Below are positions 10,406 to 20,547 of a stretch of DNA of 64,000 bases, in pieces. The stretch is from a bacterium. GTDB taxonomy: Bacteria > Electryoneota > Electryoneia > Electryoneales > Electryoneaceae. The stretch's first letter is position 1. Each line of letters starts with the position of its first letter. A program made the position numbers and the translations under genes. The stretch is from positions 3,808,001 through 3,872,000 of the forward strand of contig OY769902.1 in assembly GCA_963669175.1 (NCBI GenBank). The letters run 5' to 3'. Under the pieces are notes generated by a model. It searched no databases, was not told the DNA's origin, and was given only the letters and a program-made list of their open reading frames with translations.

Positions 10406-10751
10406 GTTCCGTCATGTCTTGCGTGCATGGTTTTCGCACGTGTGACATATCCAGGTTCCGTCATGTCTTGCGTGCGTGGTTTTCGCACGTGTGACATATC
10501 CAGGTTCCGTCATGTCTTGCGTGCGTGGTTTTCGCACGTGTGACATATCCAGGTTCCGTCATGTCTTGCGTGCGTGGTTTTCGCACGTGTGACATATCCA
10601 GGTTCCGTCATGTCTTGCGTGCGTGGTTTTCGCACGTGTGACATATCCAGGTTCCGTCATGTCTTGCGTGCGTGGTTTTCGCACGTGTGACATATCCAGG
10701 TTCCGTCATGTCTTGCGTGCGTGGTTTTCGCACGTGTGACATGACGGGAAC
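10406..10751. repeat. 49-bp tandem array of a hairpin unit, 7 copies
   Basis: Unit GTTCCGTCATGTCTTGCGTGCGTGGTTTTCGCACGTGTGACATATCCAG at 10406+49n; no spacers. Confidence 0.95.
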
Positions 10752-10860
10752 AACAACAAGCAACCCAAAACTGGAAAGAACAGCATAACTCCCGATGCAA
10801 TCATGCTATCGGGTGCGACAACATAGGTGTAGTACCTATCGAATCCAAGTTAATAATGTA

Positions 10861-11745
10861 TTAAGCTCGCACTAACAGAGAAAGGTCAAGTGGAATAATT
10901 GAATGAGTAAGAGCGCCAAGCGAGATCCGATCCACTCCGGTCTCTGCGTAAATTCGGATATTGGCCAGCGTAATCCCGCCGGACGCTTCCAGCGCACAAG
11001 CGCCGTCAGTTATCTCCACCGCCTGCTTCATCAAGTCAGGCGTAAAATTATCTAACAGGATACGTTCCGGTTGTTCTTTCAACGCTTCTTTCAGTTCGTC
11101 CAGGTTCTCCACTTCGATTTCAATAGGAACATCTTTATCCCAGCTCTTCTTGAATTCTGTACGCCAGACTTTGGCAGCCTGCAGCGCCTCACGAATCCCA
11201 CCGGCAGATTCAATGTGATTTTCCTTGATCAGGATTTCATCATACAGGCCCAACCGATGGTTCTTCGCGCCGCCCATACGAACCGCGTATTTTTCAGCCA
11301 ATCGCCATCCCGGTGTGGTTTTGCGTGTTTCAAACACACAGGCTTTAGTACCCTTGACCAGTTCAATAGCTTGTGCAGCCATGGTTGCCACACCGCAGAG
11401 CCGGGCTAATCCGTTGATAGCAGTGCGTTCTGATATCAGAATTCCCGTCAGCGATCCCATAACCGTGGCAATAACCTGCCCCTTTGTGACATGATCGCCA
11501 TCCTGAACGGTAAACTCCCATTTAACAGGTGGATTTACTTTCCTGCCACATTCAACCGCCCAATCGATTCCGGCAATCACTCCATCCTGCTTGGCGACCA
11601 GTTCCGCCTTGCCTTCCAGTTCCGGCGACATGGTTGCCTGACAGGTGATATCACCACGATTGCCCAGATCTTCAGCTATCGCCTCTTCCACATGACGATT
11701 CAGCCAGAATGGCCCTACAGCTTCTCGCAGACTATTTGGTCTCAC
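10861..11745 (-). CDS. nadC: Nicotinate-nucleotide pyrophosphorylase (QPRTase)
   Basis: EDLG..GDIT, TRKTTPG, HRLGL, IKENH, LLDNF, EASGGI. Confidence 0.96.
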   Translation of the reverse strand: MRPNSLREAVGPFWLNRHVEEAIAEDLGNRGDITCQATMSPELEGKAELVAKQDGVIAGIDWAVECGRKVNPPVKWEFTVQDGDHVTKGQVIATVMGSLTGILISERTAINGLARLCGVATMAAQAIELVKGTKACVFETRKTTPGWRLAEKYAVRMGGAKNHRLGLYDEILIKENHIESAGGIREALQAAKVWRTEFKKSWDKDVPIEIEVENLDELKEALKEQPERILLDNFTPDLMKQAVEITDGACALEASGGITLANIRIYAETGVDRISLGALTHSIIPLDLSLLVRA

Positions 11746-11990
11746 TTTTTACTCCTTCGGCCGGAACCGATCTCCCATATCGAATAATGCCACTGCTCCA
11801 GGCTTCGCAATCCACGTTCAATCATCCAATCCGAATAGCGCACCATAATCCGGTATTTCCACTTCCGGCCCGTTTTATTGTATACGTTCCATCCCTGCTT
11901 CAGGTATGGTAACCGCTTGTATTCAAGCATTACTCGCCTGCTGACGCCATTGAAAAGCCGCGACATCCCTTTTCGCATCAACGGGTCCAT
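11742..11990 (-). CDS. Small basic, aromatic-rich hypothetical protein
   Basis: Fills the gap exactly, overlapping the TPR gene by 1 bp and nadC by 4 bp. Confidence 0.55.
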   Translation of the reverse strand: MDPLMRKGMSRLFNGVSRRVMLEYKRLPYLKQGWNVYNKTGRKWKYRIMVRYSDWMIERGLRSLEQWHYSIWEIGSGRRSKK

Positions 11991-14900
11991 TATTCACGTT
12001 CCTGCAAAGATGCCGCAATCCGGTCAACCTGCTCCTGGGCTTTACGTCCGAACGGACTCCCCAATCCTTCCCGGGTTACGATCTGACGATACAATTCCAT
12101 GGCCCGTTCAGGTTGATCCAGACGCTCATAACACCGTCCGGCATTGTACAATGCAGTAATCGCCCATTGCAGTTTTGTCGGTTTGCCCAGGTATTTAACC
12201 TTCAAATATTCAATTATCGCTTCCGCATAACGTCCCTGTTTCTCCAGCGCCTCTCCGATGAAGAACTGGCAGGCAGCCTCGTTTTCTACATCCGCATAGA
12301 CGATAAGTTCCTTGTACAGGTCTACAGCGGCTTCATATTGCTCCGTGCCGACATAGAACTGTCCCAACTGCATTTTCATCTCGAATACGTCATCCGCATT
12401 CGGATAAAGCTCGAGATATGCCAGCGCTACCTTCAACGCTCCGGCGTAAAACCCGGCCGCTTTGTACGCCTGTATCTGGTTACGCAGAACAGTCGGCCAG
12501 AGCGATTTACTGGTCTCATCTGCCAGAACACGTTCGTATGCAGTAATGCCGTCCGTCATGTTACCATTCTCAATGAAATAATTCCCCAGCGTCAGGTATA
12601 CCTGCCCCATTACCGGATGTTCCGGGTAACGGTCCGGCATTGACGTAAGGATATCCAGTCCTTCCTCGAACAGGTTCCTCGTCAGGTAGTCACGCCCCAA
12701 CTCATAACGCGCATAAGGTGTCCAGGTTGAACGGGCGTATTTTTCAATCACACGCTCATAGGCGCGTTGTGCTTCCGGCCAGCTCTTCAGCCTTGTGTAC
12801 CAGCGTCCACGCTCCAGCCAGAACCGCGCCTCGGCGTTCTCCCAGTCTGGGCGATCCTTGTACTTGCGCTCCAAGCGGGCGATCTCCCCTTCCGTGCGGC
12901 TGGATTGTCCACTACGGTACAGACAGACCACCGAAAGCTGGTCATAGGCGAAGATTGAATCCGTGTCTATATCAATACTTGCTGCTTTTTGCGCTGTTTC
13001 ACGCGCCAGGTCGTATTCTCCACTGGCGAACTGGATTCCGGTAAGTCTTCTATGGGCAATAATGCGCGAGTTCAGCTCGGTTTCTTCACCCAGCATACGG
13101 CGGTACAAGTCCGCGGCCTGATCATACTTGCCACGATCCATGTAAATGTTCGCCAGGTTGAGCCGCGCTTCATTCACATAGTCGCCATCTGGATTGGTAG
13201 TCAGGTAACGACGGTAATACACCTCAGCCTTATCAGCAGCGTCCTGCCCTTCAAATGACTTTGCCAGCCAGAAATCCTGCGTACCGGATTCTTCGCCAAG
13301 GATAATCAGGCCCGGATTTCCGGGATCAAATGTGCTCATCGAGTGTTCCAGCGCCCATTTGCTTGCGTTGTAACGTCCCTCCTGAACCAGCAATTCCGCT
13401 TCGAGCAGATCCAGTTCTTCGACCAGAGGATGATACCATGCGATTCGGCGAACCTGGTCCATCAGCTCAATACGTTCTTCTGTTGTCAGCCCATCATTAC
13501 GGATCAGTTTTTCCATCGCTTCGATTTTCAACGGTCCTTCAGCACGATCCGCGACCTGACGAAGCGCTTCCTGTGAGGTTGTAGCATCACCTTTTTCACG
13601 CGCCAGTTTGGCCGAAAGAAGGAGGGCTTCATCGGCTTCTTTCGAATAGGGCCAGCGTTCCAGCAACGTATCGATATATAACTGCGCGACATCGGATGTA
13701 GAAACCGTATCTCCATCAGCAGGCACAGCATAGGCTTTCGCCAGGTTCAGGTATACTGCGGAAGCCTGCCAGGGCTGGACATGAGCGTCGAGATAGTCGC
13801 TCCATGCCTTCCGGTTGTAGGAGATTCGCTGGTCAAGCGGCAAAGTCAAAGCACGAAGCTGTATCAGTTCGTATTCGTATTGGAGTTTTGCACCGTTATC
13901 TGCCTTCATCTCCTTGATGACAGGTTCAAGCTGCCGTGCGATACGCGAAGCCATCTCCATCACAGCCTGACTTGTATCCTGATCGGTAACCACATTCAAC
14001 TGTACCGCTTTCCACTTGTTCCAACGGCTGACAATGACACGCGCCAGCATAACCGTAGCACGATCACGGATAGACTTGTCACATTCCTTGTCGTCCAGAA
14101 GTTTCCGCAGTTCACGCTCCGCCTCGTCATAACGCTTGAATTCTTCCAGGTATACTTGCGCGAGATCAAGCGTGAATTCGCAGGGATCGTACTTTGTGGG
14201 TACACGCGCCAGCAAGTCCGCGAGCGCCAGATGCGGTTCATCCGTCTGGATCACATGATCAGTCAGGTATTCACTGCGAGCCGATGCGAAAGGCGAATAG
14301 GGGCTGAATGGGAACACCTGGGCGAACTGATCATAGGCTGCACGTGCCAGTTTCAGTTGTCCAGTGACGGTCAATGCCCCGGCACGCAACAACGCGGCAT
14401 CATCAACACGCCGACTCCAGGGATAGCGCACCAGCAACGACTCCGCCAGTGAGATGCTCATGGTTGGATCAATACCACCATAGCTGTACAGGGCAAGATA
14501 CAGTGCTTCCGCACGCGCCAATGTGTCCGCAAAGGTCTCTTCTGCTGTCAGATACAGCTTGGGATCACCGCTCAATGCCGCCTCCCGCCACAACGCAGCG
14601 TCCCTGAAAGCGGCTGTATCAGTGTTCATAACAGCCATATACATGGAGACCGCATCACGATCCCGTTGCAGCATCTCCAGCGCAAGCCCTTTACGGAAAA
14701 GCACTGCCGAGGATTCGCCGTCTGTTACCGTTTCGTATTCCTTAAGCGCATCAGAGTATTTGCCGGCCATGAAACGAGCATCACCCAACGACAGATGAAT
14801 CGCGTCTTTAGCTGCCGGGTCTGTTGCAGTCAACAGGGCTTTTTGCAGCAGGCTGTCCGCGGAACGCACCTGCTCGCTTTGAAGCATGCGATGGGCGATG

Positions 14901-15667
14901 AAAGTCAGCGCTTCCCCGACATAGGAAGATTTCGGCTGTTTCGCCAATACTTCACGCCAGGTTTTCTCCGCGCCTGCGGTATCGTTAATCGCATTCTGCC
15001 AACGTGCTTTTAACGCCAACGCCCGGGCCACAACGTCGTCATCCTGGGCGTTTTCGCTGATATGCCGGGCTTCGGCAATCGCAAGGTCATATTCTTCACG
15101 TCCTGCCAGCACTTCCGCCCATAACAGACGGGCGTCCAACAACCTGGGAAAATCCTTGTACTGGTTGATAATCAACTGGATTGGCGTTTCAGCATCAGCC
15201 CAGCGTTCATCTTCCACATATATCTGAGCCGCCTGTAACAACGCTGCGGGGGTTTCCGGGGCAGATGGATAAAAAATGGTGAAACGGCGAAGTGCTCTTG
15301 CCTGACGGTCCCGGTCACCAAGCTGCGCGTAACAATCGGCCACTCGGAACAACGCTTCCTTCCCGCGTTTGTTGTCCGGATAACGCGCATGCAGCAACTG
15401 AAACGCTTCCTGGGCTTCTTCGTATTTGCCGTCAGCGAACAGCGCTTCCCCCAGCAACAAGGACGCTTCTACACGATGCGGGCTGTCCGGGAAAGCTGCG
15501 ACGTAGTTCTCCATCGCTTCTGCTGCAAGGTCGTATAAACCGTCTTCGTACAGCTTTTTCGCATATACGAAATCCGACTCGGACCTTGCCCGTTGCGCAC
15601 CTGCCGGACCTGCCAGCATGAATCCCAGAATGACCGTACACAGTAGAAATGCCGATAGCCGTCGCAT
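11990..15667 (-). CDS. Large exported tetratricopeptide-repeat protein
   Basis: Signal peptide; many TPRs of the ..YP.S..A..A.L..G type. Confidence 0.88.
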   Translation of the reverse strand: MRRLSAFLLCTVILGFMLAGPAGAQRARSESDFVYAKKLYEDGLYDLAAEAMENYVAAFPDSPHRVEASLLLGEALFADGKYEEAQEAFQLLHARYPDNKRGKEALFRVADCYAQLGDRDRQARALRRFTIFYPSAPETPAALLQAAQIYVEDERWADAETPIQLIINQYKDFPRLLDARLLWAEVLAGREEYDLAIAEARHISENAQDDDVVARALALKARWQNAINDTAGAEKTWREVLAKQPKSSYVGEALTFIAHRMLQSEQVRSADSLLQKALLTATDPAAKDAIHLSLGDARFMAGKYSDALKEYETVTDGESSAVLFRKGLALEMLQRDRDAVSMYMAVMNTDTAAFRDAALWREAALSGDPKLYLTAEETFADTLARAEALYLALYSYGGIDPTMSISLAESLLVRYPWSRRVDDAALLRAGALTVTGQLKLARAAYDQFAQVFPFSPYSPFASARSEYLTDHVIQTDEPHLALADLLARVPTKYDPCEFTLDLAQVYLEEFKRYDEAERELRKLLDDKECDKSIRDRATVMLARVIVSRWNKWKAVQLNVVTDQDTSQAVMEMASRIARQLEPVIKEMKADNGAKLQYEYELIQLRALTLPLDQRISYNRKAWSDYLDAHVQPWQASAVYLNLAKAYAVPADGDTVSTSDVAQLYIDTLLERWPYSKEADEALLLSAKLAREKGDATTSQEALRQVADRAEGPLKIEAMEKLIRNDGLTTEERIELMDQVRRIAWYHPLVEELDLLEAELLVQEGRYNASKWALEHSMSTFDPGNPGLIILGEESGTQDFWLAKSFEGQDAADKAEVYYRRYLTTNPDGDYVNEARLNLANIYMDRGKYDQAADLYRRMLGEETELNSRIIAHRRLTGIQFASGEYDLARETAQKAASIDIDTDSIFAYDQLSVVCLYRSGQSSRTEGEIARLERKYKDRPDWENAEARFWLERGRWYTRLKSWPEAQRAYERVIEKYARSTWTPYARYELGRDYLTRNLFEEGLDILTSMPDRYPEHPVMGQVYLTLGNYFIENGNMTDGITAYERVLADETSKSLWPTVLRNQIQAYKAAGFYAGALKVALAYLELYPNADDVFEMKMQLGQFYVGTEQYEAAVDLYKELIVYADVENEAACQFFIGEALEKQGRYAEAIIEYLKVKYLGKPTKLQWAITALYNAGRCYERLDQPERAMELYRQIVTREGLGSPFGRKAQEQVDRIAASLQERE

Positions 15668-15676
15668 TCCCGCCCC

Positions 15677-17953
15677 CTAATCCTTTACAGGCCTAAGACG
15701 CGCCCTGCTCTGCAACAGGGTTCGTTCATCACCGCCTTCAAACTCAACAACAACTTTGATATCGCCCTTAAATCGCTGCATACTCAGCACAATTCCCTTG
15801 CCCAGGGTCTCATGCATAACCAGCTCTCCGGCATGAATCGCAGGAATCTCTTCAGGCGGCGCCTGCGGTTGTCTTCGAGGCGCCGGAACAGCTTGACGTT
15901 CACGAGTGACACGCGTTCGTGTAACTGTCGTGTTAGATCTCGAAGCGCTGTTCCGATCGCTGTACTTCACCTCATTTCGAAACGCCGATGTCCCGAAAAG
16001 AGATCCCTGGAAACTGCTGGATATCGTGCTTTCCCGTTCGCAAGCGCCGTCAGGGATTTCCTTCAGAAACTTGCTGGCACTGGCCAGAACCGGCTGTCCC
16101 CATTTCCTGCGTTGTGCAGCATGGGTCAGGACAAGCTCTTCCATCGACCGTGTTACCGCGACATAGAACAGCCTGCGTTCTTCATCCGTATCCTTGGGAC
16201 TGTCCGACCATTCGATTTCCAACGGAAACATCTTGTCTTCCAGCCCGGTTACGAACACCAGCGGGAACTCCAGCCCTTTGGCTGCGTGGACAGTCATCAA
16301 ACGAACACTGTCTTCGTCCGGGTTGTATTTGTCCAGATCTGTCGCCAGCGCCGCCTGTTCAAGATATTCCGCAAGTGTAGTACCACCGTTCTGTTCAAAT
16401 TCTGCCATGCTGGAAATCAACGCTTCGATGTTCTCCATACGGGTCTCGCCGACAAACTTCTCCGCCTGCAACCTTGCGAGGTAACCGGATTCTTCCAGTA
16501 CACGTTGCGCCCATTTTGAAATCGGTTCCGTTTCCAGCAATTTGCGCCAGTTTTCTATTTGTGCAGCGAACTTCTTGCAGACATTCGCCCCGCGTGTAGA
16601 CAATCCTTCCAGCATATCCGATATCTCCATCGCCTTGGTGATGGATTCGTCATGCTCACGCGCCCAATCGATCAGCGTTTCCAGCGTCCGGTCACCAATT
16701 CCGCGCGGAGGTTCGGCGATGATACGACGTAGCGCCACCTCGTCACGCGGGTTCATGCATAACTTGAAGTAACTGATCGCATCTTTTACTTCTTTCCGCT
16801 CATAGAAGGCCAACGCGCCGATCACCTGGTAGGGAATTCGTTTGGATCGCAGCACATCTTCAAACAATCGCGACTGCCCGTTGGTACGGTACAGGATAGC
16901 GATATCGGAATAGCTGCGTTTATTGCTGCTGATGGCAAGTTTGATTTTATCAGCGACTGTTGCGGCTTCATCGGTATCAGTGGCGACCTCGATCACCACC
17001 GGCTTCATTCCGCCCTTCTTTTCGGTCCAGAGCCGTTTCTCTTCACGTTTGCTGCTGCGTGCTACTACTGCATGCGCCAGATCGAGAATCGCCTGCGTAC
17101 TGCGGTAATTCTGCTCCAGCCTGAACACCTTGGCGCCGGGAAAAGCATTGCGGAACTGGAAGATGTTCTCCACACGCGCACCACGCCAACTGTAAATGGA
17201 CTGATCATCATCACCAACGACAAACAGGTTCGGATGTGGACCGGCCAGCAATTTCACCAGCTCAAACTGCGCCATGTTGGTGTCTTGGTATTCGTCTACA
17301 TGAATATATTTCCAACGACTTGACCAGTTATTCAGGATCATGGGATGCTGCCGGAACAATCGAAGCGGCCTGACCAGCAAATCATCAAAGTCCATGGCGG
17401 CATGGTTGACCAGTCGCTTTTCGTATTCCGCGTACACTTTGGCAACCAGTTTATCGTAATCTGATTGCGCCACCTCCTGGGCCTGCGCCGGGGTTACCAG
17501 TTCGTTCTTCAAACGACTGATCGCTGTTTTTACGGATTTCGGCTTGATATTCTCTTCACCGATTTCCTTCATGATCATCCTGATCAACCGATCAGAATCT
17601 GCACTGTCAAATACAGAAAAATCTTTAGGATAGCCCAACGCTTCGGTTTCACGTTTCAGGAGACGAAGAAATGTCGAGTGAAACGTACCAGCGGCAACTG
17701 CATCACCACCGGGGACCATCTGGTGCACACGTTCCTTGAGCTCGTTTGCAGCCTTGTTGGTAAAGGTCATTGCCAGGATCTGCCACGGTTTGGCCAGTCC
17801 CTGGTTGATGATATGCGCTACTCGGTGCACCAGCACTCGTGTTTTACCACTACCCGCCCCGGCCAGCACCAGCACCGGACCTTCTGTCGTTTCTACTGCC
17901 ACTCGTTGGGCATCGTTCAGCCCGGCAATGGGATCAAGTTGAAGGATATTCAA
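15677..17953 (-). CDS. pcrA: ATP-dependent DNA helicase PcrA/UvrD
   Basis: AGAGSGKT, VDEYQD, GDDDQSIY, LEQNYRS, TVHAAKGLEF, EERRLFYVAVTR. Confidence 0.96.
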   Translation of the reverse strand: MNILQLDPIAGLNDAQRVAVETTEGPVLVLAGAGSGKTRVLVHRVAHIINQGLAKPWQILAMTFTNKAANELKERVHQMVPGGDAVAAGTFHSTFLRLLKRETEALGYPKDFSVFDSADSDRLIRMIMKEIGEENIKPKSVKTAISRLKNELVTPAQAQEVAQSDYDKLVAKVYAEYEKRLVNHAAMDFDDLLVRPLRLFRQHPMILNNWSSRWKYIHVDEYQDTNMAQFELVKLLAGPHPNLFVVGDDDQSIYSWRGARVENIFQFRNAFPGAKVFRLEQNYRSTQAILDLAHAVVARSSKREEKRLWTEKKGGMKPVVIEVATDTDEAATVADKIKLAISSNKRSYSDIAILYRTNGQSRLFEDVLRSKRIPYQVIGALAFYERKEVKDAISYFKLCMNPRDEVALRRIIAEPPRGIGDRTLETLIDWAREHDESITKAMEISDMLEGLSTRGANVCKKFAAQIENWRKLLETEPISKWAQRVLEESGYLARLQAEKFVGETRMENIEALISSMAEFEQNGGTTLAEYLEQAALATDLDKYNPDEDSVRLMTVHAAKGLEFPLVFVTGLEDKMFPLEIEWSDSPKDTDEERRLFYVAVTRSMEELVLTHAAQRRKWGQPVLASASKFLKEIPDGACERESTISSSFQGSLFGTSAFRNEVKYSDRNSASRSNTTVTRTRVTRERQAVPAPRRQPQAPPEEIPAIHAGELVMHETLGKGIVLSMQRFKGDIKVVVEFEGGDERTLLQSRARLRPVKD

Positions 17954-19041
17954 TTGGAATTCCGTTGGCTTCGTTGTTCACGTGTAACTTGACGCCGCAC
18001 TTCATCGAATTTCGCTTTCGCGGCGTTATGCTCACGCAAGGTTGTTGAAAATGTATGGCTACCATCGCCCTTGGCTACCATGTATATCCATGGGCTGTCC
18101 GAGGGATGCAGCGCTGCCTTCAATGCGGCCAATCCGGGGTTGTTTATCGGTCCCGGTGGCAGGCCGCTGTATTTGTACGTGTTGTACGGAGAATCAATCT
18201 CAAGGTCTTTGTTCAGCAATCTGCGTGGTTCCGGCAACAGGAACTGAACCGTAGGACAGGCCTGTAACTTCATCCCTTTGCGCAGACGATTGTGATACAG
18301 GGCGGCAGCATCCGGCGCTTCCTCATCCTGCATCACTTCTCCCTGCACAATGCTGGCAAGAATCACAATCCCCTGAAGGCCGTGTTTATGTTCTTGCGCT
18401 TCCTTCCACCAGCTATCCCCAACCTGCGCTTTAAAGGTATTCACCATTGTGGTTACAACTTCTTCCGCCGACATGCCATAGGGGAACAGATACGTTTCCG
18501 GGAAAAGGAAGCCTTCCAGCGTTTTGCCTTCCACAGCAAGCGATTCAGCCAGTTTCTCTGAGTTGACTGCGTCCATAAACGCAGCGCTGTCGATGATATC
18601 ATTGTTGGCCAGTTCACGTGCGATCTGACGCGCGGTCCAGCCTTCCGGAATCGTGACTTTCGCAGTAGCAACCTGCCCTGTGGTCAGGATATCAGCGATT
18701 TTCGCCATGGAGGCGCTGCGTGGAATATCATAAATCCCGAACTTGAGATCGTTGGTCTTGCCACGAACTTTCAAGTGATAGACAAAACGTCGTGAACTGT
18801 TGATCAGGCTACTGGCTTTCAGGTCACGCGCAACCTGCCATGCACCTGCGCCGCGTTCAACAACAATCCGTGCTTCCCCTTCCACATGCTTGTCGCTTGG
18901 TTCCCCGGCGAGATAAATAAACATCCAGACACCAATAGCAACCAGCAACGCCAGAGCAAGCATAGCCGCACCCAGAACCAGCGGTGCGTATACACCGGAT
19001 CTGCCAACCTTCAGCCAACTGTTATCGGTTTTCGGGATCAT
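17950..19041 (-). CDS. mltG: Endolytic murein transglycosylase MltG
   Basis: TIPEG, LEGFLFPETY, SPYNTY..GLPPGPI. Confidence 0.95.
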   Translation of the reverse strand: MIPKTDNSWLKVGRSGVYAPLVLGAAMLALALLVAIGVWMFIYLAGEPSDKHVEGEARIVVERGAGAWQVARDLKASSLINSSRRFVYHLKVRGKTNDLKFGIYDIPRSASMAKIADILTTGQVATAKVTIPEGWTARQIARELANNDIIDSAAFMDAVNSEKLAESLAVEGKTLEGFLFPETYLFPYGMSAEEVVTTMVNTFKAQVGDSWWKEAQEHKHGLQGIVILASIVQGEVMQDEEAPDAAALYHNRLRKGMKLQACPTVQFLLPEPRRLLNKDLEIDSPYNTYKYSGLPPGPINNPGLAALKAALHPSDSPWIYMVAKGDGSHTFSTTLREHNAAKAKFDEVRRQVTREQRSQRNSN

Positions 19042-19889
19042 CGTCGAGCAACTCCAGCAAGGATGTTGTGTATGGTTTCGTCTTCCTGAATGGTTTCATC
19101 CACCCAATGTACGTTGCACCGGATTTCCGGTTCCCCACCGGAAAAACTGATCTTCAGTTCCAGCAGGTCCATGCCGTCAATTCCCGGACGCTGTACCGGC
19201 ACCCCCAGCAACGTATCCGGTTGTGGCGAAGTCATCTGCGATCCGCCTGCCAGGATCAGATCAGGATGTGGTAATCGTTGAAGCAACGGCATGAGTGAAT
19301 CATCCGGGACATGCGTAATCCAGAGCGATAAATCGACATTTCCTGCTTTCATACTGTTTTGCTGTTTTGGAGACAACTCTGAATAGCCCCATGCGTCGCT
19401 GAATGCAGCCACTTGCACCACGTAGTCACCATGTGTCAGGTAAACCGGCCCGGTCTGTCCCTGCCATTGCTTCTGCTTCTGCAGTCTCGCCTCTGCCCAT
19501 AATCCCTTGTCGCCTTCTCCGGGAAGAACAAGATCATAACACAGGCTGTCCAGCGCGGCGACAATTGCAGGATAGGAAGTCGCGGGCGTCAACGGATCAA
19601 CGATGCCACCCAACTCCAGCCGAATCGTATGCGATCCTACCGAGAGGCTGTCGAATAACGTCTTCCTCTTCGCCAACCCACCCAAGGGACCAAGTTCACA
19701 GTCACAGGGCTGAATCATCCCGTTTGAATTGCCTGTGACCAGTACTTGTATTCCGGTGAAAACACTTTCCGCACCAGCTTTTCCATCCTGTTTCGGGCCT
19801 GAGCATCCGAACACCAGCAGCATCCCCAACAGGCAAAAAGCTGTGTTTAATATGAAATTTCGAGCCAGTTTATCACCTGAATTAATCAC
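19038..19889 (-). CDS. Putative lipoprotein with 5'-nucleotidase-like N-terminal fold
   Basis: Lipobox-like LVFGC; PCDC..GGLAKR motif. Confidence 0.6.
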   Translation of the reverse strand: MINSGDKLARNFILNTAFCLLGMLLVFGCSGPKQDGKAGAESVFTGIQVLVTGNSNGMIQPCDCELGPLGGLAKRKTLFDSLSVGSHTIRLELGGIVDPLTPATSYPAIVAALDSLCYDLVLPGEGDKGLWAEARLQKQKQWQGQTGPVYLTHGDYVVQVAAFSDAWGYSELSPKQQNSMKAGNVDLSLWITHVPDDSLMPLLQRLPHPDLILAGGSQMTSPQPDTLLGVPVQRPGIDGMDLLELKISFSGGEPEIRCNVHWVDETIQEDETIHNILAGVARR

Positions 19890-19890
19890 G

Positions 19891-20406
19891 CTATAACGCC
19901 TCCAACCTCATGCGTAACTGGAACATATCATGGAACCAGAACAGGCTGGAATCTTCACCCGGTCGCATCTCACCCAAAACATCACGTGCGCGGGTTTTCC
20001 AATAGGACGAATAAATACCAAGAATACGATCATTATGACGCCGCATCATAGCATAGGAAGTTGCGATCTCAGCCATTGTACCGCTTCTGCCCGGCAACGC
20101 AATCGCAACCGGGATTCGAAGCAGATGCGCCATCCTGTCCAGGTAATCTTCACAAACCTTGTATTCCTGAATCCAGGGATTCGGTTTACGCACTTCAACT
20201 GGCTCGTGCAGGAACCCAAAGGATGAGCCGCCGGCATCAACTGCGCCTTTACAGGCAGCAGCCATCGCGCCTCCATATCCCCCGGTCACAACCTGAAAAC
20301 CCAGCTCAGCCAACAAGGCGCCAACATCGAACCCCAATTCCCAGTTGATCCCGCCTTCATCCCAATCCGCACCACCAAACACGGCGACCTGCTTTGCACC
20401 GGACAT
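19891..20406 (-). CDS. LOG-family (Rossmann-fold nucleotide-binding) protein
   Basis: VAVFGG, VTGGYGGAMAA, LPGRSGTMAE. Confidence 0.85.
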   Translation of the reverse strand: MSGAKQVAVFGGADWDEGGINWELGFDVGALLAELGFQVVTGGYGGAMAAACKGAVDAGGSSFGFLHEPVEVRKPNPWIQEYKVCEDYLDRMAHLLRIPVAIALPGRSGTMAEIATSYAMMRRHNDRILGIYSSYWKTRARDVLGEMRPGEDSSLFWFHDMFQLRMRLEAL

Positions 20407-20547
20407 TTCTATCCCCCCAACCTTGTATCTCGTTCCTAAATGATCTTGTCTTTAGTACGACATTTCTCGGAAATCCTGACCGTTTTTAAATGGCGCAGCC
20501 TTTCCATGCGCCCAACACCTGTCAGTTTTAACAGAAATTTTCGCTGA

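Noticed and set aside
10406-10751. CRISPR array
   Set aside because: Units are contiguous and near-identical with no unique spacers; no cas genes in the window. The same applies to the arrays at 233, 20905 and 28549.
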